A DNA stretch of 13,080 bases from a virus (Duplodnaviria > Heunggongvirae > Uroviricota > Caudoviricetes): IMG/VR virus record IMGVR_UViG_2690316318_000016; one strand, 5' to 3'. Below the pieces are notes generated by a model, which was given only the letters and a program-made list of their open reading frames with translations, had not been told where the DNA came from and made no database searches. Below are positions 1 to 8,119 of the stretch, piece by piece (positions within the stretch are counted from its first letter, which is position 1; each line of letters starts with the position of its first letter). Both the position numbers and the translations under genes were made by a program.

Positions 1-249
1 ATGCGCACACAGGTTGTATTGCAAAAATGGGGTAATAGCATTGCCCTTCGACTAACGGGAAACCTTAAAACCGTTCCGGGTTTTTCAGTGGGTGATATCG
101 TCAACGTTGAAATTAGTGAAAAGGGGCTTTTTGTAGAAAAGCCTGCACGCCGTCGCCTGAGTGAAGCCGAATTACTCGCCGGGATAACGCCAGTTACAGC
201 GCACGCGGACGAAATTGCCACCCCATTCAATGAGGAGGTTGATTACTGA
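1..249 (+). CDS. MazE/PemI-family antitoxin (AbrB/SpoVT-type DNA-binding domain), 82 aa
   Basis: ORF MRTQVVLQKWGNSIALRL... has the WGNS motif and size typical of MazE/ChpS/PemI antitoxins. Its stop overlaps the start of the downstream toxin gene (TGATG, 247-251). The ORF begins at the window edge, so no promoter is visible. Confidence 0.8.
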   Translation: MRTQVVLQKWGNSIALRLTGNLKTVPGFSVGDIVNVEISEKGLFVEKPARRRLSEAELLAGITPVTAHADEIATPFNEEVDY

Positions 250-593
250 TGTTTGTACCTAAGCGTGGTGATATTTGCTGGCTGGATTTTGAGCCGCAGA
301 AAGGAAAAGAGATCGGAAAGTATCGCCCGGCACTCATACTATCCCATGAGCAATATAACCGACTCACCGGGCTTGTCATATGCTGCCCCATAAGTACGAG
401 CATACGAAATGCTCCCACAGAAGTTCCGGTAACAAATCTGGACGCCCCCAGCGTGGTAGCAACCACTCTCATTCAAACCCTTGACTGGCGTCAGCGGAAA
501 GCGCGCTTAATCACAGAGGCAGAAGATGGGGTATTTAATGATGTGCTTGAAAGAGTCATTACCCTGATTGGTGGAGAGCATCTGCTTAAGTAA
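249..593 (+). CDS. MazF/PemK-family endoribonuclease toxin, 114 aa
   Basis: ORF MFVPKRGDICWLDFEPQKGKEIGKYRPALILS... resembles the MazF/ChpB/PemK N-terminus (RGD..W.DF.P..G.E....RPA..LS). Size and position directly after the antitoxin with a 1-nt stop/start overlap fit a type II TA pair. Confidence 0.85.
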   Translation: MFVPKRGDICWLDFEPQKGKEIGKYRPALILSHEQYNRLTGLVICCPISTSIRNAPTEVPVTNLDAPSVVATTLIQTLDWRQRKARLITEAEDGVFNDVLERVITLIGGEHLLK

Positions 594-596
594 AAG

Positions 597-614
597 GAGG
601 GCTGAGAAGCCCTC
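597..614 (-). terminator. Stem-loop between convergent genes (GAGGGCT-gaga-AGCCCTC), followed by UUUU on the minus-strand transcript
   Basis: Perfect 7-bp stem with a 4-nt loop read directly. On the minus strand the hairpin is followed by CUUUUA, so it could terminate the 637-1908 gene; on the plus strand it lies just after the MazF-like stop. Confidence 0.45.
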
Positions 615-636
615 AACGTTACCGGAAATTTCCTTG

Positions 637-1908
637 CTATTCTTTCCAGTCAATCCCATCCAGTAAGCACCCTGCCTCATATTTCCCCACCACCCAGTCA
701 AGGTTACAGGACTCATAGAACGCGAGGCGATTATACTGAGGCTCGTTTTTTACCAGGCCACGAACGGAACCACGCTGCCAGTACAGACACAGATTGGCAA
801 GAGGTGTGATCAATACAGCATTGTCCGGGAAAAATGGAACGGTTACAGCCGGGAGATTCCCCAGAACGGGATTTTTAATGATTTCCTCGTTAAGCAAAAT
901 TTCCTGATTCATCTGCGATGGATCAAGACGGTTTATCAAAGGCCATTGTTTACGGACCAGCGTATTGTGACTGCATACGGCCACAATGCCTTCCTGCCAC
1001 TGTTCATCAATCATGGATTGCCAGGCATCCAGAACGAGCGCATCTATCGTATGGTGTGTACCGCGTGTATTACTTTTCGGTGATGAAACAGAAAGGCCGC
1101 TGATAACCCTTCCCGCCGCTTCATTTCGAAACTTCTGCAACCAGCCCACGCCACAATCGTCACGCCCCGGATATGTTTTAGGGTCAGATTTGGCGGCATA
1201 ATGTGTGCCGTTAAAACCAATCTGAATTAAATCCAGCCATTTCCGGCGTTCAAAAGCGGCCCGCGCACTTCCTTCAAGGCCGTTTGCGGATGCGTGAGCA
1301 TCGGCATTGTCGTAGTTCAACGCAAAATCAAAATTAACCTGCTCGCAGCGGTAGCCCCTTGAAACCAGTGAATGCGCCTGTAGTGGCGAACGGCGCTCGT
1401 GAGGTGGCGATGTACGTGCCAACGGCCCCGAAGCGTCTACCAGCACAACCCGACCTGATATATCCGTAACAGGCACGGGAGTTATTTCAGCAAGGAAATT
1501 TGCCTGCCATCCACTGGCAAGCGTTGCACTCTGGCGAGGAACGGGTTCAACTTCTGACGAATAGCGCGCAGTGTCACCGGAAAAGTGCAAATCCTTCGGA
1601 TGTTTTCCGGTTATCGACTCGATAGCGCAATTGAAAACCATCTGAGCCTGTTGATTTCGTTGTGATACAACAGAATCAGCAGTGCAATTATAACGCTCAA
1701 TGCCGTCGTTATTACCCCCACCGCTTGCAGTATGCAGGGTGTGAAGCTCAAGCTCACGCTCCAGTTTTTGATATTCATTGTCCAGCGCGCGACGCGTCTC
1801 ATCGCTTATGCTTGCTGTGTTTGCTTTCAGGCGATTCCGGGACATTAATCCCCTGAGTCGGCTCACTATATCAGCGCCGTGCAAATGTGGAGTATTCAGA
1901 CCGCCCAT
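637..1908 (-). CDS. Hypothetical protein, 423 aa (start at Met48 of the 470-aa track ORF), unknown function
   Basis: Long open frame in GC-rich DNA. The ATG at 1906-1908 overlaps the TAA of the upstream 236-aa ORF (TAATG), suggesting translational coupling. No Walker A or other motif recognised. The track ORF's first 47 codons (1909-2049) overlap the upstream gene in another frame and are probably not translated. Confidence 0.6.
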   Translation of the reverse strand: MGGLNTPHLHGADIVSRLRGLMSRNRLKANTASISDETRRALDNEYQKLERELELHTLHTASGGGNNDGIERYNCTADSVVSQRNQQAQMVFNCAIESITGKHPKDLHFSGDTARYSSEVEPVPRQSATLASGWQANFLAEITPVPVTDISGRVVLVDASGPLARTSPPHERRSPLQAHSLVSRGYRCEQVNFDFALNYDNADAHASANGLEGSARAAFERRKWLDLIQIGFNGTHYAAKSDPKTYPGRDDCGVGWLQKFRNEAAGRVISGLSVSSPKSNTRGTHHTIDALVLDAWQSMIDEQWQEGIVAVCSHNTLVRKQWPLINRLDPSQMNQEILLNEEIIKNPVLGNLPAVTVPFFPDNAVLITPLANLCLYWQRGSVRGLVKNEPQYNRLAFYESCNLDWVVGKYEAGCLLDGIDWKE

Positions 1909-2618
1909 TACTGCCACCCCCGGCAGAGTTCTCTGCCCTCCGCAAGGTCGCGCATTTTTTCTGGATTCTGTCGCGCCGCGCTCCATTGTACAGGTGAAGG
2001 GGCGTTCCTGATTGCGCGGCTTACCGAATCCGGGAGTTTCTCCGGGCAATAACGCAGCGGGCTGGAGGTGTCGCTTTCGGTATCGTTAATCCGGCCGCGA
2101 ATCATCCCGACACTTTCAGCAGTATCTGTCGCTTTCAGTGTTTCGCATATTTTCTTTTCTGCGTTATACAGCGGCTGGCCAAGCAGCTCACATAAACCAC
2201 GAATCAATAACAGAGCAGGGGTCAGCTCGTTAATCAGTTCGGGAAGTGCTTTTGCAAATATCTCTGCCCGCAACTTATTATCAATGCTTTCGTAAGCACA
2301 ACCAGCCTCTGCCGCGTTATAACGACACTCCAGTAGCCTGATGCGCGCCTCATCATGCAGCACCCGCAGACGCTCAAGATTTTCTCGCGCCACACCCGCC
2401 TGAATGGATAATTTCGCGGAGGCTTCCGTTTTTACGCCCAGCGCAGACAGGATTGAGTTCTGCCAGTCACGATCGAGAGATTCCAGCTCCCCTTTCGTCT
2501 GTTCGATAGTTGCTTCCAGATTGGTGATTAATGATTCCTGTTCACTGAGTTTTGCCATGGCTGTATCAAACTGTGCTTTACATACCTGATGTTCGGCGCT
2601 TGCCTGAGTTATATCCAT
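1908..2618 (-). CDS. Hypothetical coiled-coil protein, 236 aa; possibly a Psu/Sid-like capsid-associated protein (weak, by context only)
   Basis: ORF MDITQASAEHQVCKAQFDTAMAKLSEQESLITNLEATIEQTKGELESL... is rich in E/L/A/K with a heptad-like pattern. It sits in a late-gene-like region near an Ogr/Delta-type activator. The Psu resemblance is from memory and unverified. The last ~45 residues are low-complexity, so a frameshift near 2050 cannot be excluded. Confidence 0.55.
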   Translation of the reverse strand: MDITQASAEHQVCKAQFDTAMAKLSEQESLITNLEATIEQTKGELESLDRDWQNSILSALGVKTEASAKLSIQAGVARENLERLRVLHDEARIRLLECRYNAAEAGCAYESIDNKLRAEIFAKALPELINELTPALLLIRGLCELLGQPLYNAEKKICETLKATDTAESVGMIRGRINDTESDTSSPLRYCPEKLPDSVSRAIRNAPSPVQWSAARQNPEKMRDLAEGRELCRGWQ

Positions 2619-2783
2619 TATTTGCTCCTGTAATACATTTTTTTACTTACGCCGATTTTTTCCATATTGCGTAATACATTCCAGCCGATTTTGTTCTCGT
2701 AATACGCTCACAATACTGTTGTATTACGCTTTCTTATATCGCGGGTGTTAAATCCCGGCATAAACAATCAGGGAGGCAACACG
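2619..2783. promoter_or_regulatory. Divergent intergenic region with direct repeats (GTAATACATT x2, GCCGATTTT x2) and an inverted repeat CGTAATAC-N15-GTATTACG (2698-2728)
   Basis: Repeats read directly from the sequence. The region separates the divergent 236-aa gene and the small RHH-like gene. A GGGAGG ribosome-binding site lies at 2771-2776, upstream of the ATG at 2784. Confidence 0.45.
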
Positions 2784-3017
2784 ATGAAAAAACAAAAGAA
2801 AATGCGATGCGTATTACGCTGTATTCGTATCCCGCACGAAATCGACCATAAAATAAATCAGATATGTCAGGACAGAGAGATGAACTACTCCCAGTGCGTC
2901 AGAATGTTTATCAGTCAGGGAATTAAGGCCGGGGAAAAGCAGGAAGAAGACTGCAACGGGCGCAATGTAGCGGGGGATGTGTGGGCCTGGGCAAATGACC
3001 AGAACCACACGACGTAA
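2784..3017 (+). CDS. Small putative ribbon-helix-helix-like DNA-binding protein, 77 aa
   Basis: ATG at 2784 is preceded by GGGAGG (the track ORF starts 13 codons earlier without a ribosome-binding site). MRCVLRCIRIP followed by two predicted helices fits a strand-helix-helix pattern. Function is not established. Confidence 0.5.
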   Translation: MKKQKKMRCVLRCIRIPHEIDHKINQICQDREMNYSQCVRMFISQGIKAGEKQEEDCNGRNVAGDVWAWANDQNHTT

Positions 3018-3067
3018 TACAGAAATAACGCAGCCGGTCACACTCGCTGGCTGTGTTATACAAATCA

Positions 3068-3250
3068 CTATGAAGTTTTCGACTTCCTGCGCTTAGTAAT
3101 GCGTACAAACGACTCAAGCGTACAAAAACAAGCCCCACACTCAATATTATTGCACTGGTAATACGTTCTGTAGATGTTTTGTTCGTGTTCTTCCAACGAA
3201 CGACCACGGGTGCGGGCTGAAGCGCCACAGGCCGGGCAAGGGAAAGACAT
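3068..3250 (-). CDS. ogr: Ogr/Delta-family zinc-finger late transcription activator, 60 aa
   Basis: ORF MSFPCPACGASARTRGRSLEEHEQNIYRTYYQCNNIECGACFCTLESF has the C-x2-C...(22)...C-x4-C spacing and YxQC motif characteristic of P2 Ogr / P4 Delta. Confidence 0.8.
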   Translation of the reverse strand: MSFPCPACGASARTRGRSLEEHEQNIYRTYYQCNNIECGACFCTLESFVRITKRRKSKTS

Positions 3251-3540
3251 ATCACGCTCCTCTTACTGGTGTGAAATTTAACCTATTATATCTTCTGCCG
3301 CCCCCTCTGGCTGTATCAAATAAACCCGCAGCAGTCGCCGCGTATTACGCACGGGCGCGCCGTTCCCATGCTCACTCGTCACATTCCCCGTATCAGTTCT
3401 CTCTTGCCGTAAGAACGGCTCTGGCTGGCGATAAAACTAACCCGGTCGGGGCATTCCCGCAGCCTTTAGCGAAAATGTAATTTACCCCCTGAAACGCGTG
3501 CTGTTCCCCCGTCACCTGCGCGCGAAAAACTCACCGTTTT

Positions 3541-3639
3541 TTGTGCACGCACGAAATCGCCCTCCGGGCGCGCCAGTACTGGGCCGGATGGGCAAAAAGT
3601 TACTCTAAAAAATTGTGCAAATTTGTGCACTTTTGTGCA
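3541..3639. promoter_or_regulatory. Array of TTGTGCA motifs (3541, 3613, 3623, 3633); the last three phased at exactly 10 bp and forming overlapping GTGCA/TGCAC palindromes
   Basis: Read directly: aTTGTGCAaaTTTGTGCActTTTGTGCAg. Ten-bp phasing puts the sites on one helix face, as in operator or iteron arrays. The region is GC-rich and noncoding-looking, between the ogr-like gene and the iteron cluster. Confidence 0.4.
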
Positions 3640-3865
3640 GATGAACAACAGCGTCAAAAAGAGTGCTTTTGAGAGATTTTTTATGGCAACTGCGCCGCGT
3701 GTATTACGTTTTTTACCATCCCCGCCGCGCATGTACATACTTCATTTTTCTGCCAAACAACAGGGCAACTCCCCGTGACTGACAGCCCCAAAAAAATCAA
3801 TGATTGATGTTGCATTTTTGTTAGAGGTCAGGCCAGTTGTTTTGGGGCTCTGCCTCATAATCCGG

Positions 3866-4184
3866 TGGGGGGTGCGCAAAGCGGTTACAACGGTTACAAC
3901 CCCAAAAAACACCACATAACAATATGATTTTAATGAATATTATTTGTAACCGCTTTGCGGTTACACTGCGGTTACAACGGTTACAGGTTTCAGAAAGTTA
4001 TTTATTATCAATCAGTTAAAAACTTAACTTGTAACCGCCTGTAACCTAACAAAACGGTTACATGTAACCGCGTTGTAACCGCTTTTGTAACTCATCGGAC
4101 CAGTTGTAATATGTTGATATATAATATAAAAATAAGTGATTTTAAATTTGTAACCGTTGTAACCGCTTTGCGCAACCCCCCCCG
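3866..4184. repeat. Iteron cluster: at least 13 copies of GGTTACA/TGTAACC (many extended to GCGGTTACA) in both orientations, AT-rich spacers, bounded by a perfect 26-bp inverted repeat (3874-3899 and 4148-4173); putative replication origin
   Basis: Repeats and the inverted repeat were checked base by base. A perfect 9-3-9 palindrome TGTAACCGC-ttt-GCGGTTACA lies at 3945-3965. The architecture (short iterons in both orientations plus an AT-rich stretch) parallels the P4 ori/crr bound by alpha protein, and it sits just downstream of the primase/helicase-integrase operon. Confidence 0.5.
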
Positions 4185-4381
4185 GACTTTAGCGCGACTC
4201 TTTAAAATGTTAATTAAACACACTTACTCTGTTTCACTCTCATTAACTCTCTGTAATTGAAATGTGCCTCGCCACTGCTTGACTCTTTCTGGTAATCAGG
4301 GGAGGGAGAGCAAAAAAATTGATGGCGACACCGCTGCAATATGGCCGCCATTGCATTGCTGTTACTGTTGGTTCTGGCCAA

Positions 4382-4416
4382 CAAAAAAGGCCAGTGGAAA
4401 ACTGACCTCTTTTGCT
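4382..4416 (-). terminator. Weak candidate terminator downstream of the P2-type integrase (imperfect hairpin flanked by an A-run and a T-run)
   Basis: acAAAAAAggccagtggaaaactgacctcTTTTgc; the stem has a mismatch, so this is low confidence. Confidence 0.3.
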
Positions 4417-4437
4417 GTGAATGTGGCGTTCTGCGGG

Positions 4438-5439
4438 TTACTCTGCAGGCTCTTTTTGTCCGGTAAATACCATGTCGGCTACCGGGTTAAATCTCATGGC
4501 ATCTGCCAGATAGTCGGGAGAAAAATGCGCATAAGTCATCGTTTGCTGAATAGTGGCATGTCCCAGAATCCGTTGCAGGGTAACGATGTTTCCCCCGTTC
4601 ATCATGAAATGCGTGGCGAACGTATGACGCATCACATGAGTCGCCTGCCCTTTTGGCAAATCAGGCTTCACCTCCTGGAGGATCTCGCGAAACCGGAGAT
4701 AATCGACCTCGTACAGCGGCCCGGTTCGGCGGGTTTTAATCAGCGAGAGCACGGCATCAGACACCGGAACCGAACGGGACTTCCCGTTCTTGGTGTTGAA
4801 GAACGTCACGCGATTACCGACGATATGCTCTCCGCATAATTCCGCCGCCTCACCCCACCGCGCCCCCGTAGAAAGACACAGAATGGCGACACGACGCGCA
4901 TCACCTTCGAGTCGTTCAAGAAGCCGCTCAATCTCATCATCAGAAAGAAAGGCCATCTCTGTATTCTGAATTTTTAGCTTACGTATATTGCGCACGGGGT
5001 TCGGGTTGTGAAAGCTCCCTGCTTCAATCAACACCGTGAACATGGTAGACAGAACGCATAAATCACGATTAATACTGGACGGCATTAATCCGGCCTGTAA
5101 TTTCTCTGACCGATATTCAAGCATAAATTTTCGCGTCATCTGACTGGCGCGAGGATCTCTCATTTCACGAATCACTTTCTCCAGCCGGATCCTGTAGGTA
5201 TCGCCGTAAGCCTGATTGCGCCCGTCAAGCATCCACCATGTATCAAGCAACTCTGATAATCGCCGCCGATCAGCAGGTTTAGCCAGCCATGGGTTATTAT
5301 GGAAATTCTGCAAAACATATTGTTCGAACTTCTCTGCACTTCCTTTCCGGGCAAAAATTTTACGTATCCGTTTGCCGTATGCCCCTTGCGGCCTGATATC
5401 TAGCAACCATCTTCCATCATCCATCTTTCTGATCGACAT
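4438..5439 (-). CDS. int: Tyrosine recombinase, P2-type integrase family, about 333 aa
   Basis: C-terminal catalytic region LPKGQATHVMRHTFATHFMMNGGNIVTLQRILGHATIQQTMTYAHF (HxxR, GH and catalytic Y) and box I STGARWGEAAEL closely resemble P2 Int as recalled. Start chosen at the ATG at 5437-5439 (MSIRK...) because an AAGGAGA ribosome-binding site precedes it and it lies 2 nt after the primase stop; the track start at 5475 overlaps the primase. Confidence 0.9.
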   Translation of the reverse strand: MSIRKMDDGRWLLDIRPQGAYGKRIRKIFARKGSAEKFEQYVLQNFHNNPWLAKPADRRRLSELLDTWWMLDGRNQAYGDTYRIRLEKVIREMRDPRASQMTRKFMLEYRSEKLQAGLMPSSINRDLCVLSTMFTVLIEAGSFHNPNPVRNIRKLKIQNTEMAFLSDDEIERLLERLEGDARRVAILCLSTGARWGEAAELCGEHIVGNRVTFFNTKNGKSRSVPVSDAVLSLIKTRRTGPLYEVDYLRFREILQEVKPDLPKGQATHVMRHTFATHFMMNGGNIVTLQRILGHATIQQTMTYAHFSPDYLADAMRFNPVADMVFTGQKEPAE

Positions 5440-5441
5440 AC

Positions 5442-8111
5442 TTAAGGTCTCTCCTTGTAACTGAATATCCGGCATTTCAGCACTTCCGGCTCTCTGGCTT
5501 CGGCTACCCCTTTTCCGGCGTTTGCCTGTCTGGACACCTCACTACGAATTGTTTTACGACCTGTCAACGGTCGGGAGCGTCCAGCCCCGAGCAACTCAAT
5601 CATTTCGCGATCGGTTCGGATCTCCACGCGGTGAATGGCGGCTGCCTGTGCCAGTTGCGGAATACTGATAGCAATCCCTTCGCGGCATCCCTTGCCGTAG
5701 TGGTTTACACCGTATTTTGTTATGCCGTCCAGGAAGTCGAACGCCTCCCAGAATTCCACCACTTCCGGTAAATCAGCCGCCGCCGCTTTAACCTGCGCTG
5801 TTGCCATTTGTTCCAGTTCCAGACATGTGGCATCAAGCCATTCATCCGGGATATCGATAACGCATTTCAGCGCCCTGACCAGCGCGATAATTTGCGCGTG
5901 ATTTTTGGCGATACGGGGATGGCGAATATTTTCGCAGCCGCAAAGGCGTTCCGTTTCAGCTGGCGACACTTCCAGGAACGTTTGCATAATCGCCCGTTCC
6001 TGACTTACCGCCCGATGAATAAACCCCGATACCTTCTCGACGGGGTAGAGTTCCAGCCGTCTTGCCGCCAGTCGGGTATCAGGTGAATGGCGTTTTTTGT
6101 CGGTGTAGATGCGTATCAGGCGCTCAATAATTGCCGGAGAGGCGTTTACCCGCGCATTCTGCGCAATCACGATAGCGCCCTTAAAATCCGGGTCATAGGT
6201 GTTGTTATTGTTGGCTTTAACACCACGAACGCCGATACCACCGCCGTTATAGAGACTTTTCAGGTTATCGAAGTCAAACGCACCTCTTTTTTGCGCATTG
6301 TCTCCCCGGTCCGCTTCAATCAGAACAACAGGTAATCCGGCGACCTGTCCAAAGGTGCGCTTCCAGCCCGCCTCTGATCCTTTGGTTGGATCAACGCCTT
6401 CATAGTTGTCACGACCGCACAACCGCCAGCAAAAATCAATCAATGTTGATTTACCCGTTCCGGGTTCCCCGGTGACTTCAAGGAAGGGGAAGGATTCTTC
6501 TTTATCCCGGATTTGTTCGCTGAACAGGGAGCCCAACCAGAAAGCCAGGGTAATAATTCCCTTTTCACCAAAAGCCAGCCAGAGATCTTCCACCCAGGAC
6601 TCTGTAAACTCATCCGTTTTTTTGTAGTTAATCTGTAATGTGGGTTTTTCGCTTAATGGTTTTGCGTTTATGCCATCAATTTCAAAATAATCCTCATCAT
6701 TGATTTCATAAGTTTTACCCTTGTAAACGGCAATATCATTAAACAGCCATGCCCCAATTCCCTTGTTGTATCCGATAAAATCCTGACCAATAACCTCTTT
6801 TATTGCGGGAAGGTCATTTTTTATTAATGCGTCAAGCTGCGTAGTCGTTCCGGTATAAATACCACCTTTTGCCACGTGCAGCAGGCGTTTTTTAAATTCA
6901 GATGAGGATGTTAATTGTCCTGATGTAAAGGTGTTTTTCACCGTAGCACCATCCGGGAATGTAACGCGGAAGTAATACCATGCTTCATCCGTGTCATTGT
7001 TTCGAATGTAATAAAGCGGCACTGGGTTACAGTTTGCGATTTCTTTTACAGCGCCGGATTCCTTAAGTGCAATTTTTCGCGCTTCATCTTCGTCAACACT
7101 TCGCTCATTAATGACACGTTCAACAGCCTTCATATAGCGCTCAATATCCAGCTTGAACCAGAAAACACGGTTATCAAAGGTAAAATAAAACTCCTTCCGC
7201 TCACGAAAGGAAAATATTATCAGCGCCTTATCTCTCGGCGATTTCGCCAGCAATAAATCACCGTAATAACGGTATCTTTTCACATCATGGCCACGCAGCT
7301 TTCCGGCGATGTGTAAATCATTCCAGTCGCGTTTATTGTTGTTTTTACCTGGCAACGCCGCTGCCGTTCTCCAGCCGTCTTCGGCGCTGCGTTCTGCATG
7401 TTTTTTCGCGTAACGTTCACCCGCACGCCCGTTATCCAGGGCCCACACAATAACCGGACGGGGATTATCCCCGCACAGCTTCGCCAGCTCTTCCAGCGCC
7501 TTATCAGGGTAGTTCACGGCAGACATGACAGAAACGGCCGCAATGCCATTCTGGTTAAGGCTGATGGCATCAAAGATGCCCTCACAAATCCAGATTTCTT
7601 TGGCCTTGCTTAAATCTGCTCCCGGATAAGCCCACCACAACCCCTTGTAGCTGCCGGAAAAATTCGCCTTGCGCGCGAAGCGTCCCGGTCGGTCTATGAT
7701 GCGCTCCCACCACACGCCGTCAGCCAGCGTAAAACGCACAGTAGCGGCCTGTTCGCCGCTTTCCTTGTCCTGGTATCGCTCCTGAGTAAATGCGCCCTTC
7801 AGTGGCCCCACAGCAATATTGCGCGCTTCCTGAAGATAAGCTGCCGCCGCTGCATATGGCTCATCTTTCGTGCTGATATAACGATCTGACCATGATGAAA
7901 ACACATCCGGGTAAAGTTCTTTGGTCAGCAGGTCTGTACCGCATTTATTTTCGCGCCCACAGTGTACGATGTACGGCTTCTCAAGACTGGTAAACAGTTC
8001 TTTCTTTCCACATTGCGGACAAACACCATAGCGAAGATAGTTATTTTCTTCTTTAAAGTTGTAATCACGGATAAGACGGTTAATAATCTCTTTTCTGGTG
8101 TTATTTTTCAT
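5442..8111 (-). CDS. P4 alpha-like DNA primase/helicase (zinc ribbon + TOPRIM-type primase + P-loop NTPase), about 889 aa
   Basis: N-terminal zinc-binding motif CPQCGKK...HCGRENKCG; TOPRIM-like WICEGIFDAISL; Walker A TGEPGTGKST and Walker B VVLIEAD. Start placed at the ATG at 8109-8111 (MKNNTRK...); the track's GTG start at 8132 would translate the poly-C tract. Confidence 0.9.
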   Translation of the reverse strand: MKNNTRKEIINRLIRDYNFKEENNYLRYGVCPQCGKKELFTSLEKPYIVHCGRENKCGTDLLTKELYPDVFSSWSDRYISTKDEPYAAAAAYLQEARNIAVGPLKGAFTQERYQDKESGEQAATVRFTLADGVWWERIIDRPGRFARKANFSGSYKGLWWAYPGADLSKAKEIWICEGIFDAISLNQNGIAAVSVMSAVNYPDKALEELAKLCGDNPRPVIVWALDNGRAGERYAKKHAERSAEDGWRTAAALPGKNNNKRDWNDLHIAGKLRGHDVKRYRYYGDLLLAKSPRDKALIIFSFRERKEFYFTFDNRVFWFKLDIERYMKAVERVINERSVDEDEARKIALKESGAVKEIANCNPVPLYYIRNNDTDEAWYYFRVTFPDGATVKNTFTSGQLTSSSEFKKRLLHVAKGGIYTGTTTQLDALIKNDLPAIKEVIGQDFIGYNKGIGAWLFNDIAVYKGKTYEINDEDYFEIDGINAKPLSEKPTLQINYKKTDEFTESWVEDLWLAFGEKGIITLAFWLGSLFSEQIRDKEESFPFLEVTGEPGTGKSTLIDFCWRLCGRDNYEGVDPTKGSEAGWKRTFGQVAGLPVVLIEADRGDNAQKRGAFDFDNLKSLYNGGGIGVRGVKANNNNTYDPDFKGAIVIAQNARVNASPAIIERLIRIYTDKKRHSPDTRLAARRLELYPVEKVSGFIHRAVSQERAIMQTFLEVSPAETERLCGCENIRHPRIAKNHAQIIALVRALKCVIDIPDEWLDATCLELEQMATAQVKAAAADLPEVVEFWEAFDFLDGITKYGVNHYGKGCREGIAISIPQLAQAAAIHRVEIRTDREMIELLGAGRSRPLTGRKTIRSEVSRQANAGKGVAEAREPEVLKCRIFSYKERP

Positions 8112-8119
8112 ATATAAAT

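Noticed and set aside
227-716. Minus-strand ORFs of 81 and 69 aa overlapping the MazF-like gene and the intergenic hairpin
   Set aside because: Antisense to the TA toxin gene with no supporting signals.
918-1856. Small ORFs on both strands inside the 423-aa gene (61, 71, 63, 64 aa) and 1778-2011
   Set aside because: Nested in or antisense to a long ORF in GC-rich DNA; no ribosome-binding sites.
1909-2049. N-terminal 47 codons of the 470-aa track ORF
   Set aside because: They overlap the 236-aa ORF in another frame and are rich in G/R/P; the internal ATG at 1908 with TAATG coupling is the more plausible start. A frameshifted fusion remains possible.
3271-3738. 69-aa plus and 90-aa minus ORFs between the ogr-like gene and the iteron cluster
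   Set aside because: The region is packed with repeats and palindromes (TTGTGCA array, GTATTACG copies) and looks regulatory; the translations are low-complexity.
3866-4184. Possible CRISPR array because of many short repeats
   Set aside because: Repeat units are only 7-9 bp, occur in both orientations with irregular spacing, and have no spacer-like unique segments of uniform length; they fit iterons or binding sites, not CRISPR.
4190-4300. P2/P4 cos site
   Set aside because: Only a short partial match (GGCGAGGC on the reverse strand near 4266-4273) to the 19-nt P2/P4 cohesive end as I recall it; insufficient to call.
4264-4839. 191-aa plus-strand ORF
   Set aside because: Mostly antisense to the well-supported P2-type integrase; no ribosome-binding site; composition not protein-like.
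5440-5475. Longer start for the P2-type integrase (MPDIQLQGETLS...) and GTG start for the primase at 8132
   Set aside because: The longer integrase start overlaps the primase end and lacks a good ribosome-binding site, whereas the ATG at 5439 has AAGGAGA. The primase GTG start would translate the poly-C tract; the ATG at 8111 is preferred.
5808-7613. Plus-strand ORFs (92, 82, 73, 71 aa) inside the primase gene
   Set aside because: They are antisense to a well-supported long gene, lack ribosome-binding sites and have low-complexity composition; typical spurious ORFs in GC-rich antisense frames.
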